Shown piece after piece: positions 27,395 to 38,160 of a stretch of 64,000 bases of DNA (positions are counted from its first letter, which is position 1; each line of letters begins with the position of its first letter). This DNA comes from Bacteroidales bacterium. GTDB taxonomy: Bacteria; Bacteroidota; Bacteroidia; Bacteroidales; Paludibacteraceae. Both the position numbers and the translations under genes were made by a program. The notes under the pieces were generated by a model, which worked only from the letters and a program-made list of their open reading frames with translations, made no database searches and had not been told where the DNA came from. Location: positions 15,995 to 79,994 of the forward strand of contig JAAYSS010000065.1 of the NCBI GenBank assembly GCA_012518275.1. Direction: 5' to 3'.

Positions 27395-29101
27395 ATGAAC
27401 AAGAAATTATTATTCTTTGCGGCTGTAATTGCATCTGCATTGGTATTTACGTCATGTAGTAAGAAAATGACGGCTTTGGATGCCCGTTATTTCAAAACAA
27501 ATCCCAGCCCACTGGCTGTAAATGGTGGGAAAGTGGATGCAACCGTAACAGGCACATTTCCACAAAAGTATTTCAACAAGAAGGCCGAAGTAACCATAAC
27601 CCCCGTGCTTAAGTACAACGGAACCGAACAAAAAGGTGAACCTAAAACATTTCAGGGCGAAAAAGTGCTTGGAAATAATCAAACTGTAAGTTATGCTATG
27701 GGTGGGACGTATGCCATTAACCCTTCTTTTGTTTACAAACCAGAGATGGCAAAATCGGAACTTTTTCTCAATTTTGATGTAAAACAAGGCAAGAAAACCT
27801 ACAAAATCCCGGCGGTAAAAGTTGCCGATGGGGTAATTGCTACTTCTCAACTGGCTTCTCTTTCACCGGATGAAATAAAAACAGCGGTGGCGCCAGACCA
27901 TTTTAAGCGTGTTACACAAGAAACTCAAAATGCCGATATCCTTTTCTTAATTGAGCAGGCACAACTTCGAAATACGGAACTAAAAAAATCAGACATGGTT
28001 GATTTTTACCAAAAAGTAAAGGAAGCTCGCGACGCTCAAAACAAAGAAATTTCATCGTTGGAAGTGCTTGGATATGCTTCACCGGATGGGTCAATCGAAT
28101 TGAACACCAACTTAGCTGAAAAACGCCGGAAAGTCACTACAGACTACCTGAACAAGGAAATGAAAAAGTTGAGAGCTGATGTGACCATTGATAGTAAATT
28201 TACCGCAGAAGACTGGGAAGGATTCCAAAAACTGATGGAAGCTTCAGATATTCAAGATAAAGATTTGATTTTGAGAGTGCTTTCCATGTATCAAGATCCG
28301 GAACAACGTGAGCGCGAAATCAAAAATCTTTCGGTTGCATTTAAGGATGTCGCAAGAGAAATCCTTCCAAAACTTCGTCGCTCACGTTTGAACCTAACAG
28401 TTGATGTAACAGGAAAATCTGACGAAGAAATTTTAAATTTGGCTCGAAATAATCCTAAAGTATTGAGCAAGAAAGAATTACTTTATGCCGGAACATTGGT
28501 GGATTCGTATAGAGAGAAAATGGAAATTTACAACAAATTTATCAATCAATATCCGCAAGATGCACGTGGTTACAACAACTTGGGTGTGCTTCGTTATGAG
28601 TTAGATGCTTTGGATGAAGCTGAAACTTTATTTAAAAAAGCGCTTGGACTTGATCCTAATTCACCGGATGCGAACTACAACTTGGGCTTACTGAGCTTGA
28701 CAAGAGGAAATGGCGATGATGCACAAGCTTATCTCGGCAAAGCGACAGGAACTACCGGAAACTTAGACGCAGCCCTTGGTACAAGCTACATCGCACAAGG
28801 CGACTACACGAAAGCTCAAAGCACGATGAACAATGTTAATTCCAACAACGCTGCCTTGGCGCAAATCTTGAACAACGATTATAATTCGGCTCGCCGCACG
28901 CTTGCCGCTGTGGCAAAACCGAATGGGCTAACTGCATATTTGGCAGCTATCATCGGCGCTCGTACTAATGATCGGGATGCGGTTTACACCAACTTACGTA
29001 CTGCCATCAAGCGCAACAAGAGCTTTGCCAAAAAAGCTTTGACTGATTTGGAATTTGCTAAATACGCAGCTGATGCAGCATTTTTGCAAATTGTGAAATA
29101 A
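27395..29101 (+). CDS. lipoprotein with OmpA-like domain and TPR repeats
   Basis: Lipobox FTSC after ATG 27395; GYASPDG..N.NLAEKR OmpA-like motif; YNNLG/YNLG TPRs. Confidence 0.82.
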   Translation: MNKKLLFFAAVIASALVFTSCSKKMTALDARYFKTNPSPLAVNGGKVDATVTGTFPQKYFNKKAEVTITPVLKYNGTEQKGEPKTFQGEKVLGNNQTVSYAMGGTYAINPSFVYKPEMAKSELFLNFDVKQGKKTYKIPAVKVADGVIATSQLASLSPDEIKTAVAPDHFKRVTQETQNADILFLIEQAQLRNTELKKSDMVDFYQKVKEARDAQNKEISSLEVLGYASPDGSIELNTNLAEKRRKVTTDYLNKEMKKLRADVTIDSKFTAEDWEGFQKLMEASDIQDKDLILRVLSMYQDPEQREREIKNLSVAFKDVAREILPKLRRSRLNLTVDVTGKSDEEILNLARNNPKVLSKKELLYAGTLVDSYREKMEIYNKFINQYPQDARGYNNLGVLRYELDALDEAETLFKKALGLDPNSPDANYNLGLLSLTRGNGDDAQAYLGKATGTTGNLDAALGTSYIAQGDYTKAQSTMNNVNSNNAALAQILNNDYNSARRTLAAVAKPNGLTAYLAAIIGARTNDRDAVYTNLRTAIKRNKSFAKKALTDLEFAKYAADAAFLQIVK

Positions 29102-29134
29102 GAGACTTTCAAACAAACTTGTTTATCTATATTT

Positions 29135-29174
29135 CAAAAGTCCAAGATTTTGATGTTTTGGACTTTTGTTTTTT
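29135..29174 (+). terminator. intrinsic terminator
   Basis: CAAAAGTCCAA / TTGGACTTTTG plus T-run. Confidence 0.75.
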
Positions 29175-29288
29175 AAAAATTCTCAAAAAATAGGAAATTA
29201 AACTATAATTCTTTTAACTTTGCATAGCTGAATAGGTAATCGAACTATCGAATTAATTTACGAATTAACCATTTAACAAATTAACCAA

Positions 29289-30440
29289 TTGTTTAAAGAC
29301 GTCATAGCCCAGCAAGAGATTAAGAGTCGATTTATCCGCTCTGTTCAGGATAGACGAATTCCGCATGCCCAGTTGCTTCACGGCGATCCCGGAGTAGGGA
29401 AATTGGCTTTGGCTGTGGCATATGCGCAATACATCAGCTGTAAAAATCGCACTGAAACAGATGCTTGCGGAGTTTGTCCGTCATGTGTGAAATATAGCCA
29501 GCTACAACACCCAGATCTTCATTTTGTGTTTCCGGTAATCAAACCGCCCAAAACCACTACTGTAGTATCAGATGATTTTTTGCCGGAATTTCGAGAAATG
29601 TTTTTGGAAGATCCATATTTTAGCGTAAATGAGTGGTATGAAAAAATAAGTGACGGTGCTAAGCAAGGGATGATTTACTCGAATGAAAGTTCCGAAATCA
29701 TCCGAAAGCTGAACCTGAAAACCTACGAAAGTGACTACAAGGTGATGATAATTTGGTTACCGGAGTTGATGCACGAAGCGTGTGCCAATAAACTGCTAAA
29801 AATTTTGGAAGAACCGCCTGAATTCACGGTTTTTCTTTTGGTCTCAAATAATCCGGATAGGATAATTACCACCATTCTTTCGCGGGCGCAACATGTGAAA
29901 ATACCGCGATTGGCTGAGTCAGAAATTGCGGAAGCGCTCGGCAAGCTCAGTCCGGAAAAATCGCAAACAGAGATAAACAATGCTGCGCGTATTGCCGAAG
30001 GCAGTTTCTTAAAAGCGAAAGCGATGTTGGGCGATAGCCAATCGCAGATACAGAATTTTGACCGATTTGTAGAAATTATGCGTTTAGCTTGGTTGGTTGG
30101 CAACAAGCGAAATCACAGCTCGCTGAAAACGCTGAAAAACTGGGCGGACGATATGGCGTCGGCTAACGTGGGGCGCGAAAGACAGAAACATTTTTTGGCT
30201 TACGCGCAAAATATGGTGCGCGAAAATTATATTTTTAATTTGAAACACCCCGAACTAAATTATATGACCGATTACGAAACAAAATTTTCTACCAATTTTT
30301 CGCCGTTTATCAACGAAAGAAACGTGGAAGAACTTGTGGCTGAATTGTCGTTAGCAGAACGCCACATTGAGCAAAACGTCAATGCAAAAATGGTGTTTTT
30401 CGATTTAGTTTTGAAAATCATTATGCTGTTGAAAAAATAA
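29289..30440 (+). CDS. holB: DNA polymerase III subunit delta'
   Basis: HAQLL, CGVCPSC zinc site, HPDLHF, ANKLLKILEEP, TILSR; TTG start. Confidence 0.92.
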   Translation: MFKDVIAQQEIKSRFIRSVQDRRIPHAQLLHGDPGVGKLALAVAYAQYISCKNRTETDACGVCPSCVKYSQLQHPDLHFVFPVIKPPKTTTVVSDDFLPEFREMFLEDPYFSVNEWYEKISDGAKQGMIYSNESSEIIRKLNLKTYESDYKVMIIWLPELMHEACANKLLKILEEPPEFTVFLLVSNNPDRIITTILSRAQHVKIPRLAESEIAEALGKLSPEKSQTEINNAARIAEGSFLKAKAMLGDSQSQIQNFDRFVEIMRLAWLVGNKRNHSSLKTLKNWADDMASANVGRERQKHFLAYAQNMVRENYIFNLKHPELNYMTDYETKFSTNFSPFINERNVEELVAELSLAERHIEQNVNAKMVFFDLVLKIIMLLKK

Positions 30441-30452
30441 GATTATTTAGAA

Positions 30453-31625
30453 ATGAATGTCAATGAATATTATACCGCTCCCTGCATTACTTGCGGTGGA
30501 TGTCGCAATACTACCGATAAAAAATTAAGCGTTTACGATTGGTTGAGCAACCTACCCGAAACGGTGAAAGAAACCGATTTGGTGGAAGTTCAGTTTAAAA
30601 ACACCAGGAAAGGCTTTTACCAAAACGTGAATAATCTCGACCTTTCTAAAGGCGATATGGTTGCCGTGGAAGCTTCACCGGGACACGATATTGGTGAAGT
30701 TACGCTCGTGGGAAAACTCGTAACGCTTCAGATGAAAAAGTACAACATCGACCTGAATAAGTACGAAATAAAGAAAATATATCGCAAAGTCCGCGATTCG
30801 GACATGGAAAGATATCACAAAGCAAAGGCAAAAGAGCAGGACACGATGATTAAATCGCGTCAAATTGCAGAAAACATGAATATTGACATGAAAATAGGTG
30901 ATGTGGAGTACCAAGGTGATGGAAATAAAGCTATTTTTTATTACATTGCTGATGGACGAGTAGACTTCCGTCAGTTGATTAAAGTTTTTGCCGAAACTTT
31001 CCGTGTTCGTATTGAAATGAAGCAGATAGGTGCACGCCAAGAAGCCGGACGAATTGGCGGTATCGGGCCATGTGGACGGGAGCTCTGCTGTGCAAGCTGG
31101 ATTGTTAATTTTAAATCCGTTTCTACCAGTACCGCTCGCAGCCAAGACCTTTCACTTAATCCGCAAAAGTTAGCCGGACAGTGCGGAAAATTAAAATGTT
31201 GCCTAAATTTTGAATTGGAAAGCTACCTGGATGCACAGAAAAAACTTCCGTCACGAGAAATAGAATTGAAAACAACCACCAACACCTACTACCACTTCAA
31301 AACAGACATATTCAAAGGGCTGATAACCTATTCTACAGATAAGAACACTCCTACTGATTTAGTCACAATCGATGCTGAGCGTGCGAAAGCTGTTATTCAG
31401 ATGAACAAAAAGGGAAATAAGCCTGAAGTTTTACAGGAACAACCGAAATCAAAAGGAAAAAAAGTGGGATATGAAAATGCAGTAGGGCAGGACAGTGTTA
31501 GTCGCTTTGATGGTAGAAAAACATCGCGTTCATCACAGCGCCGAAGGGGAAGATCGCGAAGAAATAGGAATAAAAATAAACCGAGAAACAAAAGTAATAA
31601 ATCCAGACGAAATGAAAGGAAATAG
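30453..31625 (+). CDS. ricT: PSP1-domain protein (RicT/YaaT family)
   Basis: FYYIADGRVDFRQL, QIGARQEA, GPCGRELCC, KLAGQCGKLKCCL. Confidence 0.88.
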   Translation: MNVNEYYTAPCITCGGCRNTTDKKLSVYDWLSNLPETVKETDLVEVQFKNTRKGFYQNVNNLDLSKGDMVAVEASPGHDIGEVTLVGKLVTLQMKKYNIDLNKYEIKKIYRKVRDSDMERYHKAKAKEQDTMIKSRQIAENMNIDMKIGDVEYQGDGNKAIFYYIADGRVDFRQLIKVFAETFRVRIEMKQIGARQEAGRIGGIGPCGRELCCASWIVNFKSVSTSTARSQDLSLNPQKLAGQCGKLKCCLNFELESYLDAQKKLPSREIELKTTTNTYYHFKTDIFKGLITYSTDKNTPTDLVTIDAERAKAVIQMNKKGNKPEVLQEQPKSKGKKVGYENAVGQDSVSRFDGRKTSRSSQRRRGRSRRNRNKNKPRNKSNKSRRNERK

Positions 31626-32076
31626 AATTTTTATAGCGTTTCTATTGGTCGTCAGTTTTGTTGCGTGCAATCCAAATGAAGTGTTTTTTAGCTATCGTCA
31701 GACGCCTATAAGTGGTTGGCATAAAGACAGTTTGCTGATGTTCGACTACCATATTCAGGACACGCTTTCACGTTACGATGTGTTTCTTCATGTTCGCCAT
31801 TTTGGAAATTACCCTTATCAGAATTTTTGGATGTTTTTAGAGAATACAGATGCAAAAGGTAACACGACCCAAGACACCATAGAATGCTACTTAGCTGATG
31901 AGTTTGGAAAATGGCTCGGAACAGGAAATGCCGTTAAAGAGATGCCCGTTTTTTATAGACAAAACATTCAACTGCCCGATAGTGGAACCTACCAAATTAA
32001 AGTTAGACATGGCATGCGAGATTCGGTGTTAATCGGAATAAAGGAAATCGGATTAAGGGTGGAATTAATAAAGTAG
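31612..32076 (+). CDS. gldH: gliding motility lipoprotein GldH
   Basis: Lipobox VAC after ATG 31612; GWHKDS, NYPYQN, DT..LAD..GKWLG.G, HGMR..L.GI..IG. Confidence 0.88.
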   Translation: MKGNRIFIAFLLVVSFVACNPNEVFFSYRQTPISGWHKDSLLMFDYHIQDTLSRYDVFLHVRHFGNYPYQNFWMFLENTDAKGNTTQDTIECYLADEFGKWLGTGNAVKEMPVFYRQNIQLPDSGTYQIKVRHGMRDSVLIGIKEIGLRVELIK

Positions 32077-32184
32077 TTACAAGGTTAAAAGATAAAGCGA
32101 TTTGTGTTATTGATAAATTGTGGTGATTGATTATTGTGTATCAGCACATTTTACATTCTGCTTCAAACTTTTGTTTTTGATGTT

Positions 32185-32937
32185 ATGGGAAAAAATAAAT
32201 TAGCAAAATTTGCCGAACTGAAAACCTTTCCGCATGTGTTTCAAGTACCGTCAAAGGTATTTTTTGAAGGTAAAAAATTTGAAATGAAAGGCAAATGGAA
32301 TGAGCTTTTCTTCAAAAACAACAATCCCATTGTGCTTGAACTGGGGTGCGGCAAAGGTGAATATACTGTTGAACTTGCCAAACAGTTCCCGGACAAAAAT
32401 TACATCGGCGTAGATATTAAAGGTGCCCGTCTCTGGACCGGTGCGAAAGCTTCGTTGCAACAGGAATTAAAAAATACAGCTTTTATTCGCACTAACATCG
32501 AAATGATTCATCATTTTTTCGGAGAAAATGAGGTAAGCGAAATCTGGCTCACTTTCCCCGATCCACAGATGAAAAAAACAACAAAACGGCTTACTGCAAC
32601 AAACTTTATCAACTCATATTTGAACTTTTTGAGTGCAGACGGAGTTATTCATCTGAAAACCGATAGCAATTTTATGTTTACCTATACCCGTGAAATGGTG
32701 AGATTAAATCAATTTCCGGTAGAGGAATTGATAGAAGATATTTATTCAAAAGAAAACTTAAACCCAATTTTGAGCATAAAAACCTACTACGAAAAACAGT
32801 GGTTGGAGCGCGGAATAACCATAAAATACATCCGATTCAAACCGCTTCGAGACAAAGAACTTATAGAGCCTGAAATTGAAATAGAACGCGACTCATACAG
32901 GAGTTTTAAACGCGACAGAAGACTCCCAAATTCATAA
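32185..32937 (+). CDS. trmB: tRNA (guanine-N7)-methyltransferase
   Basis: [36 protein letters not shown] 32185. Confidence 0.95.
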   Translation: MGKNKLAKFAELKTFPHVFQVPSKVFFEGKKFEMKGKWNELFFKNNNPIVLELGCGKGEYTVELAKQFPDKNYIGVDIKGARLWTGAKASLQQELKNTAFIRTNIEMIHHFFGENEVSEIWLTFPDPQMKKTTKRLTATNFINSYLNFLSADGVIHLKTDSNFMFTYTREMVRLNQFPVEELIEDIYSKENLNPILSIKTYYEKQWLERGITIKYIRFKPLRDKELIEPEIEIERDSYRSFKRDRRLPNS

Positions 32938-32998
32938 AAATACAACAAAGTAAATCCCTTTACATGGATATTATTTGAGATTTTGCAAATTAGATATT

Positions 32999-34108
32999 AT
33001 GACACTTTATCCAAAATTAATTCTTGACGCATTGAAAAATGTCCGTTATCCGGGCACCGGAAAAGACATCGTAGAGATGAATATGGTGCAGGACGATATT
33101 CGGATTGACGGAAATAAGGTCAGTTTTTCACTCCTTTTTGAAAAACCGAATGACCCTTTTTACAAATCGGTGGTAAAAGCAGCCGAACAAGCTATACTAA
33201 CTTATATCAGCGAAGATATTGATATTAAGGGAAATATAAAAGCAATTGTTAAGGAACGCCCCAAGCCTAAACCGATATCTATTCTTCCCAATGTAAAGAA
33301 CATCATTGCCGTATTTTCGGGCAAGGGGGGTGTGGGGAAATCAACGGTTTCTGTCAATTTGGCTGTTTCACTTGCTTCGCTTGGGTATAAAGTAGGACTC
33401 TTAGATGCTGATATTCATGGTCCGTCACTTCCCAAAATGTTTGGCGAAGAGGATGCACAGCTTTATGCTGAAGAGAAGGACGGCAAGCAGACCATTCTGC
33501 CCATTGAAAAATATGGAGTTAAAATGCTTTCTATCGGCTTCTTAGTGGACCCCAATCAAGCGCTCGTGTGGCGTGGCAGTATGGCGAGCAATGCACTCAA
33601 ACAGTTGATTACTGACGCTCGTTGGGGAGAATTAGACTATTTTATCATGGATCTTCCGCCCGGGACCGGAGATATCCATCTTACGTTGGTACAAACCATG
33701 GGAATTACGGGAGCTGTGGCAGTTACTACACCGCAGGAAATTGCCCTTGCCGATGCTCGAAAGGGAATTAATATGTTTTTGGGGGACAAAGTGAATGTCC
33801 CCGTACTCGGAATTATAGAAAATATGGCGTGGTTTACACCGGCAGAACTTCCTAAAAACAAGTATTATATATTTGGAAAAGACGGAGGTAAAAAGCTTGC
33901 CGAAGAATTGAATGTACCGCTTCTCGGGCAAATCCCGCTCGTGCAGTCCATACGTGAAGGAAGCGATGATGGAATACCCGTTGCTGCTAAATCAGATAGT
34001 CTTACAGCTCAGGCGTTTAGAAGCGTTGCTGAGAAAATAGTGGAAAGGGTGAAGTACAGAAATGAACACCAAGAAGCAACTAAAAAAGTAGAAATTACAA
34101 GGTGGTAA
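32999..34108 (+). CDS. mrp: Mrp/NBP35 Fe-S cluster carrier ATPase
   Basis: SGKGGVGKST, DADIHGPS, DLPPGTGD, ENM; ATG 32999. Confidence 0.92.
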   Translation: MTLYPKLILDALKNVRYPGTGKDIVEMNMVQDDIRIDGNKVSFSLLFEKPNDPFYKSVVKAAEQAILTYISEDIDIKGNIKAIVKERPKPKPISILPNVKNIIAVFSGKGGVGKSTVSVNLAVSLASLGYKVGLLDADIHGPSLPKMFGEEDAQLYAEEKDGKQTILPIEKYGVKMLSIGFLVDPNQALVWRGSMASNALKQLITDARWGELDYFIMDLPPGTGDIHLTLVQTMGITGAVAVTTPQEIALADARKGINMFLGDKVNVPVLGIIENMAWFTPAELPKNKYYIFGKDGGKKLAEELNVPLLGQIPLVQSIREGSDDGIPVAAKSDSLTAQAFRSVAEKIVERVKYRNEHQEATKKVEITRW

Positions 34109-34134
34109 AAAACAAGCTTAATTCCGTATGTATG

Positions 34135-34166
34135 AAAGCTACAAGTGGATAACTTGTAGTTTTTTT
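34135..34166 (+). terminator. intrinsic terminator after mrp
   Basis: GCTACAAGT / ACTTGTAGT plus T-run. Confidence 0.75.
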
Positions 34167-34191
34167 ATCTCTGACAACCAATTGCTCGGCT

Positions 34192-34208
34192 TTGGCATAA
34201 CTATTGAA
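34192..34208 (+). promoter_or_regulatory. putative sigma54-like promoter of lon
   Basis: TTGGCATAACTATTGAA: good -24 box, -12 is TTGA rather than TTGC. Confidence 0.4.
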
Positions 34209-34339
34209 TTATGTTAATAAACAAACAAGAAACCAATTTGTAATCAAAAGAAATTCAGTAACTTATAATGCTTTTGATGGGTATATGGTTTTAAATAGTA
34301 TGACATTTTGACATAAGCTTTAAAATTGAAGCTGAAAGA

Positions 34340-36787
34340 ATGAAAAAAAGACAGATGAATAAACGATTTGAAAAACTTTTAACCGACGAAATGATGAGCA
34401 AAGCGGAGGTGCTACCGATTATATCATTGGATGAAAATCCGTCTGATGTAGCATTGAATCCGGGAGATGTAATGCCGATATTGCCATTGAGGAATATGGT
34501 AGTATATCCCGGAGTGCTGGTTCCGGTGGCAGTAGCACGTCCTAAGTCGTTACGACTAATACGTCAAGTACAGGATGATGATGGGCTTTTAGGGGTTTGT
34601 ACTCAGATAGATAAGCAAATTGAAGACCCGACCCATGAGCAACTTTACAAAATGGGTGTAGTGGCACAGATTGTCCGTGTTTTGGAGATGCCGGACAATA
34701 CAACTACCGTAATTTTGGAGGGAAAAAAACGATTTACACTTGATGAGGTAGTTTCCAATAAGCCGTTTATGCGTGCCAAAATCACACCGGTACAGGACAT
34801 ACTTCCCGATGTTTCAGATAAATCGTTTGTTGCACTTGTGTCATCTATCCGTGATTTGGCTGTAAAAATCGTAGAAAGTTCAGGAATAGTACCACCTGAA
34901 ATGGCTTTTGCAATACGGAATATTGATAATCCTGTGTTCCTTATCAATTACATTTGTACTAATTTTGGATTGAGCGTAGAAGAAAAGCAGCGTTTGCTCG
35001 AAATTAACGAAGTAATGGAGCGCGCCTATCAGCTTTTGAATTTGCTGAATCGAGAGTCTCAATTGATAGAAATTAAGACGTCTATCCAAAATAAAGTGAA
35101 AAAAGGCATTGATCAGCAGCAACGTGAATATTTTTTACAGCAGCAAATAAAAACCATTCAGAGTGAGTTGGGTGAAATGTCACCTGAAAAGGATTTGGAA
35201 GATTTCAGAGAACGTGCTAAGGCAAAAAAATGGTCGAAAGCAGTTGGGAAAATATTTGAAAAAGAGTTAAACAAGCTTGAACGAATCAATCAGCATTCAC
35301 CGGAATATACAGTTCAAATAAATTACGTAGAAACGATGTTGGAAATTCCCTGGGGGGAATATACAAAAGACAAATTCAACATTAAGAACGCCAGAAAAGT
35401 GCTTGATAAAGACCACTTTGGTATGGAGACGGTGAAAGAAAGAGTGTTGGAGTACCTTGCTGTTCTAAAATTGAAAGGTGACTTGAAATCACCGATAATT
35501 TGTCTGCATGGTCCACCGGGAGTAGGGAAAACATCACTCGGAAAATCAATAGCCACTGCGCTTGGCAGAAAGTATGTTCGAATGTCGTTAGGTGGTTTGC
35601 ACGATGAAGCTGAAATTCGTGGGCACCGACGCACCTATATTGGTGCTATGCCGGGTAGAATTTTGCAAAACATTAAAAAAGCAGGTTCGGTTAATCCGGT
35701 TTTTGTACTTGATGAAGTGGATAAAATCAACACCAGTTACAAAGGCGATCCGTCTTCAGCATTGTTGGAAGTGCTTGACCCTGAGCAAAATTTTGCATTT
35801 CACGACAACTATTTGGATATAGATTTTGACTTGTCAAAAGTGCTTTTTATAGCCACAGCCAATGATTTAAATTCAATTCCACGTCCACTTTTAGACAGAA
35901 TGGAGTTGATTGAAGTCAGCGGGTACACGCAGGAAGAAAAAGTAGAAATTGCATCACGTCATTTGATACCCAAAGAGCTTGAAAACCACGGCTTAACCGG
36001 CGAACAATTCATGCTCAACAAAAAAGTAATACAGCAGCTCATTGATCAGTACACACGCGAATCGGGTGTGCGCGAACTGAATCGAAAAATCACCGCGTTG
36101 ATGCGGAAAGTAGCACTTAAAATCGCTACAAAAAGCCAATACAATGTGGAGCTGACCCCCGAAGATATAAGGGAATATCTGGGAGTTCCGCTTTACAGCA
36201 AGGAAAAATATGAAGGCAATGACTATGCTGGTGTAGTAACGGGTCTTGCGTGGACTAGTGTGGGAGGTAGTATTCTTTTCATCGAGAGCAGTTTGAGTCC
36301 AAGTAAGAATTCGAAACTTACGCTTACGGGAAACTTAGGAGATGTGATGAAAGAATCGGCCATGCTTGCTCTTCAATATGTTAAGGCCAACGCCGAAGAG
36401 TTTGGCATTAACCCGAAACTGTTGGAAGAGAATAGTGTTCATGTTCACGTTCCGGAGGGTGCAATACCAAAGGATGGACCTTCAGCCGGGATAACCATTG
36501 TAACAGCCTTAATCTCTGCATTTACTAGGCGAAAAGTGCGAAAAAACATTGCAATGACAGGTGAAATTACACTTCGAGGAAAAGTGCTTCCTGTTGGTGG
36601 AATCAAGGAGAAGATCCTTGCTGCTAAACGAGCAGGAATCACAAATATAGTCATTAGTGAAGAAAATCGGAAAAACATAGAAGAAATAAAACCGATTTAT
36701 TTGAAAGGATTAAAATTTCATTACGTGACTGATATTAAAGAAGTTATTGATTACGCATTGTTAAAGGGTAAAGTGAAGCTCTCTTAA
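34340..36787 (+). CDS. lon: ATP-dependent Lon protease
   Basis: [27 protein letters not shown] (catalytic Ser), GGIKEK. Confidence 0.97.
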   Translation: MKKRQMNKRFEKLLTDEMMSKAEVLPIISLDENPSDVALNPGDVMPILPLRNMVVYPGVLVPVAVARPKSLRLIRQVQDDDGLLGVCTQIDKQIEDPTHEQLYKMGVVAQIVRVLEMPDNTTTVILEGKKRFTLDEVVSNKPFMRAKITPVQDILPDVSDKSFVALVSSIRDLAVKIVESSGIVPPEMAFAIRNIDNPVFLINYICTNFGLSVEEKQRLLEINEVMERAYQLLNLLNRESQLIEIKTSIQNKVKKGIDQQQREYFLQQQIKTIQSELGEMSPEKDLEDFRERAKAKKWSKAVGKIFEKELNKLERINQHSPEYTVQINYVETMLEIPWGEYTKDKFNIKNARKVLDKDHFGMETVKERVLEYLAVLKLKGDLKSPIICLHGPPGVGKTSLGKSIATALGRKYVRMSLGGLHDEAEIRGHRRTYIGAMPGRILQNIKKAGSVNPVFVLDEVDKINTSYKGDPSSALLEVLDPEQNFAFHDNYLDIDFDLSKVLFIATANDLNSIPRPLLDRMELIEVSGYTQEEKVEIASRHLIPKELENHGLTGEQFMLNKKVIQQLIDQYTRESGVRELNRKITALMRKVALKIATKSQYNVELTPEDIREYLGVPLYSKEKYEGNDYAGVVTGLAWTSVGGSILFIESSLSPSKNSKLTLTGNLGDVMKESAMLALQYVKANAEEFGINPKLLEENSVHVHVPEGAIPKDGPSAGITIVTALISAFTRRKVRKNIAMTGEITLRGKVLPVGGIKEKILAAKRAGITNIVISEENRKNIEEIKPIYLKGLKFHYVTDIKEVIDYALLKGKVKLS

Positions 36788-36912
36788 TTTTTAGGAAACT
36801 CTTCTCTCAAATTCTGGTTCTTGTATTAGCACCACTAATTGGTGTTTCTTTGGATATTTTTTGGCTTAATTATTGCTCTATATTTCAAAATTTTGTATAA
36901 ATTTGCCAAACA

Positions 36913-37503
36913 ATGAACGGAGAACTTATTACAGCAGTTGCGTTAGGTATTGCGTTGAGTGCAAGCACCGGATTTCGTGTGTTTATCCCGATGTTGGTAG
37001 CGAGTGTGGCGGCTCATTTCAACATTATCCCCTTGACTGAAAATTTTTCCTGGCTGGGTAGTCTTCCTGCAATAATTAGTTTCGGAACAGCTGCCGTTGT
37101 GGAAGTATTGGCATACTATATCCCGTTTATAGATAACCTTTTAGACACCATTACTACGCCACTGGCGGTGGGTGCTGGCACGCTTTTGATGACTTCGGTA
37201 CTTCCCGTAGATCATGAACTTATGAAATGGATTATGGGATTTATTGTTGGTGGAGGTGCTGCTGCAACCATGCAGAGCGGAAGTGTATTGTCGAGATTTA
37301 CATCCAGTAAGTTCACGGGCGGAACGGCAAATCCTGTTGTTTCAACCGGTGAAAACGTCGCTGCTCTCGGTACATCCATAACGGCATTGTTTATACCCGT
37401 AGTTGTAGCAATAATTTTTATATTTATTGCGATCATTATTTTTTTCAAACTTTTTGAATGGAGAAGACATAGCAGAGAAAAGAAAAGTAAAGCAACAGAA
37501 TAA
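36913..37503 (+). CDS. DUF4126-like membrane protein
   Basis: LSASTGFRVFIP, EVLAYYIPFIDNLLD, ANPVVSTGE. Confidence 0.75.
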   Translation: MNGELITAVALGIALSASTGFRVFIPMLVASVAAHFNIIPLTENFSWLGSLPAIISFGTAAVVEVLAYYIPFIDNLLDTITTPLAVGAGTLLMTSVLPVDHELMKWIMGFIVGGGAAATMQSGSVLSRFTSSKFTGGTANPVVSTGENVAALGTSITALFIPVVVAIIFIFIAIIIFFKLFEWRRHSREKKSKATE

Positions 37504-37535
37504 CTGCACTACATGGAATAGAATAATCTAAATAC

Positions 37536-37581
37536 AACAAAAGCGGATTTGTTTATTTATTAAAACGAATCCGCTTTTGTT
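37536..37581. terminator. bidirectional intrinsic terminator
   Basis: AACAAAAGCGGATTTGTTT / AAACGAATCCGCTTTTGTT between convergent genes. Confidence 0.8.
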
Positions 37582-37599
37582 ATAAAATGCTTTTGTTTA

Positions 37600-37797
37600 T
37601 TAAACCAATGAAATAAACAATTCTTTTCCTTCTTCTCTGAAAGAAATTTTTCCTTCACGTGCTAACCATCCAAGAGCTAAATTTAGATTCTTTTCGGTTA
37701 GTTTTGTGGCTTTTTTTACGGCTTTAACTTCTAATTCGCCTTCTGACAATGCATTCCAAATAAGACCTGCATTATTGCCAATTTTTTCAATAAACAT
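37600..37797 (-). CDS. small winged-helix protein (DUF2582-like)
   Basis: 65 aa; IG.NAG.IW.AL..ALGWLAREGKI. Confidence 0.85.
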   Translation of the reverse strand: MFIEKIGNNAGLIWNALSEGELEVKAVKKATKLTEKNLNLALGWLAREGKISFREEGKELFISLV

Positions 37798-38160
37798 AAT
37801 TAATAATATTTTTTGTGGTTAAAAAATGCAACGTTGAATTGTCACAAAAGTAGTGAAAAATATGTTATAAAACATGTTTTCGGTTATTTTTGTGTAAAAA
37901 TTAATTAATATTAACACATCTAAATGTAAATATAAAGTTAGTATGCAGATTGATGTGATATCTTAAATTGATACATTTTACTCTAAATCGGCAGTATCTA
38001 CTGCTTTCCAAAATGATTTTGCATCGGTTTTATCAAAAAATTTTCTATTGCTTGGTAACCGTATCTAGATTTAAATATTTATACTTTTTCAGTTGAAGTT
38101 AGGAAAATTGCCAATTTTAAATTATTTTTGAACTTTGGTTCTAAAAAATATACATAAATC

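Noticed and set aside
36913..37797. DUF4126-like / winged-helix pair as a toxin-antitoxin module
   Set aside because: The genes are convergent, separated by a terminator, and neither has toxin motifs.
38020..38070. Possible LacI-type operator upstream of pulA (TGGTAACCGTATCT)
   Set aside because: Poor dyad symmetry and no LacI gene in the window.
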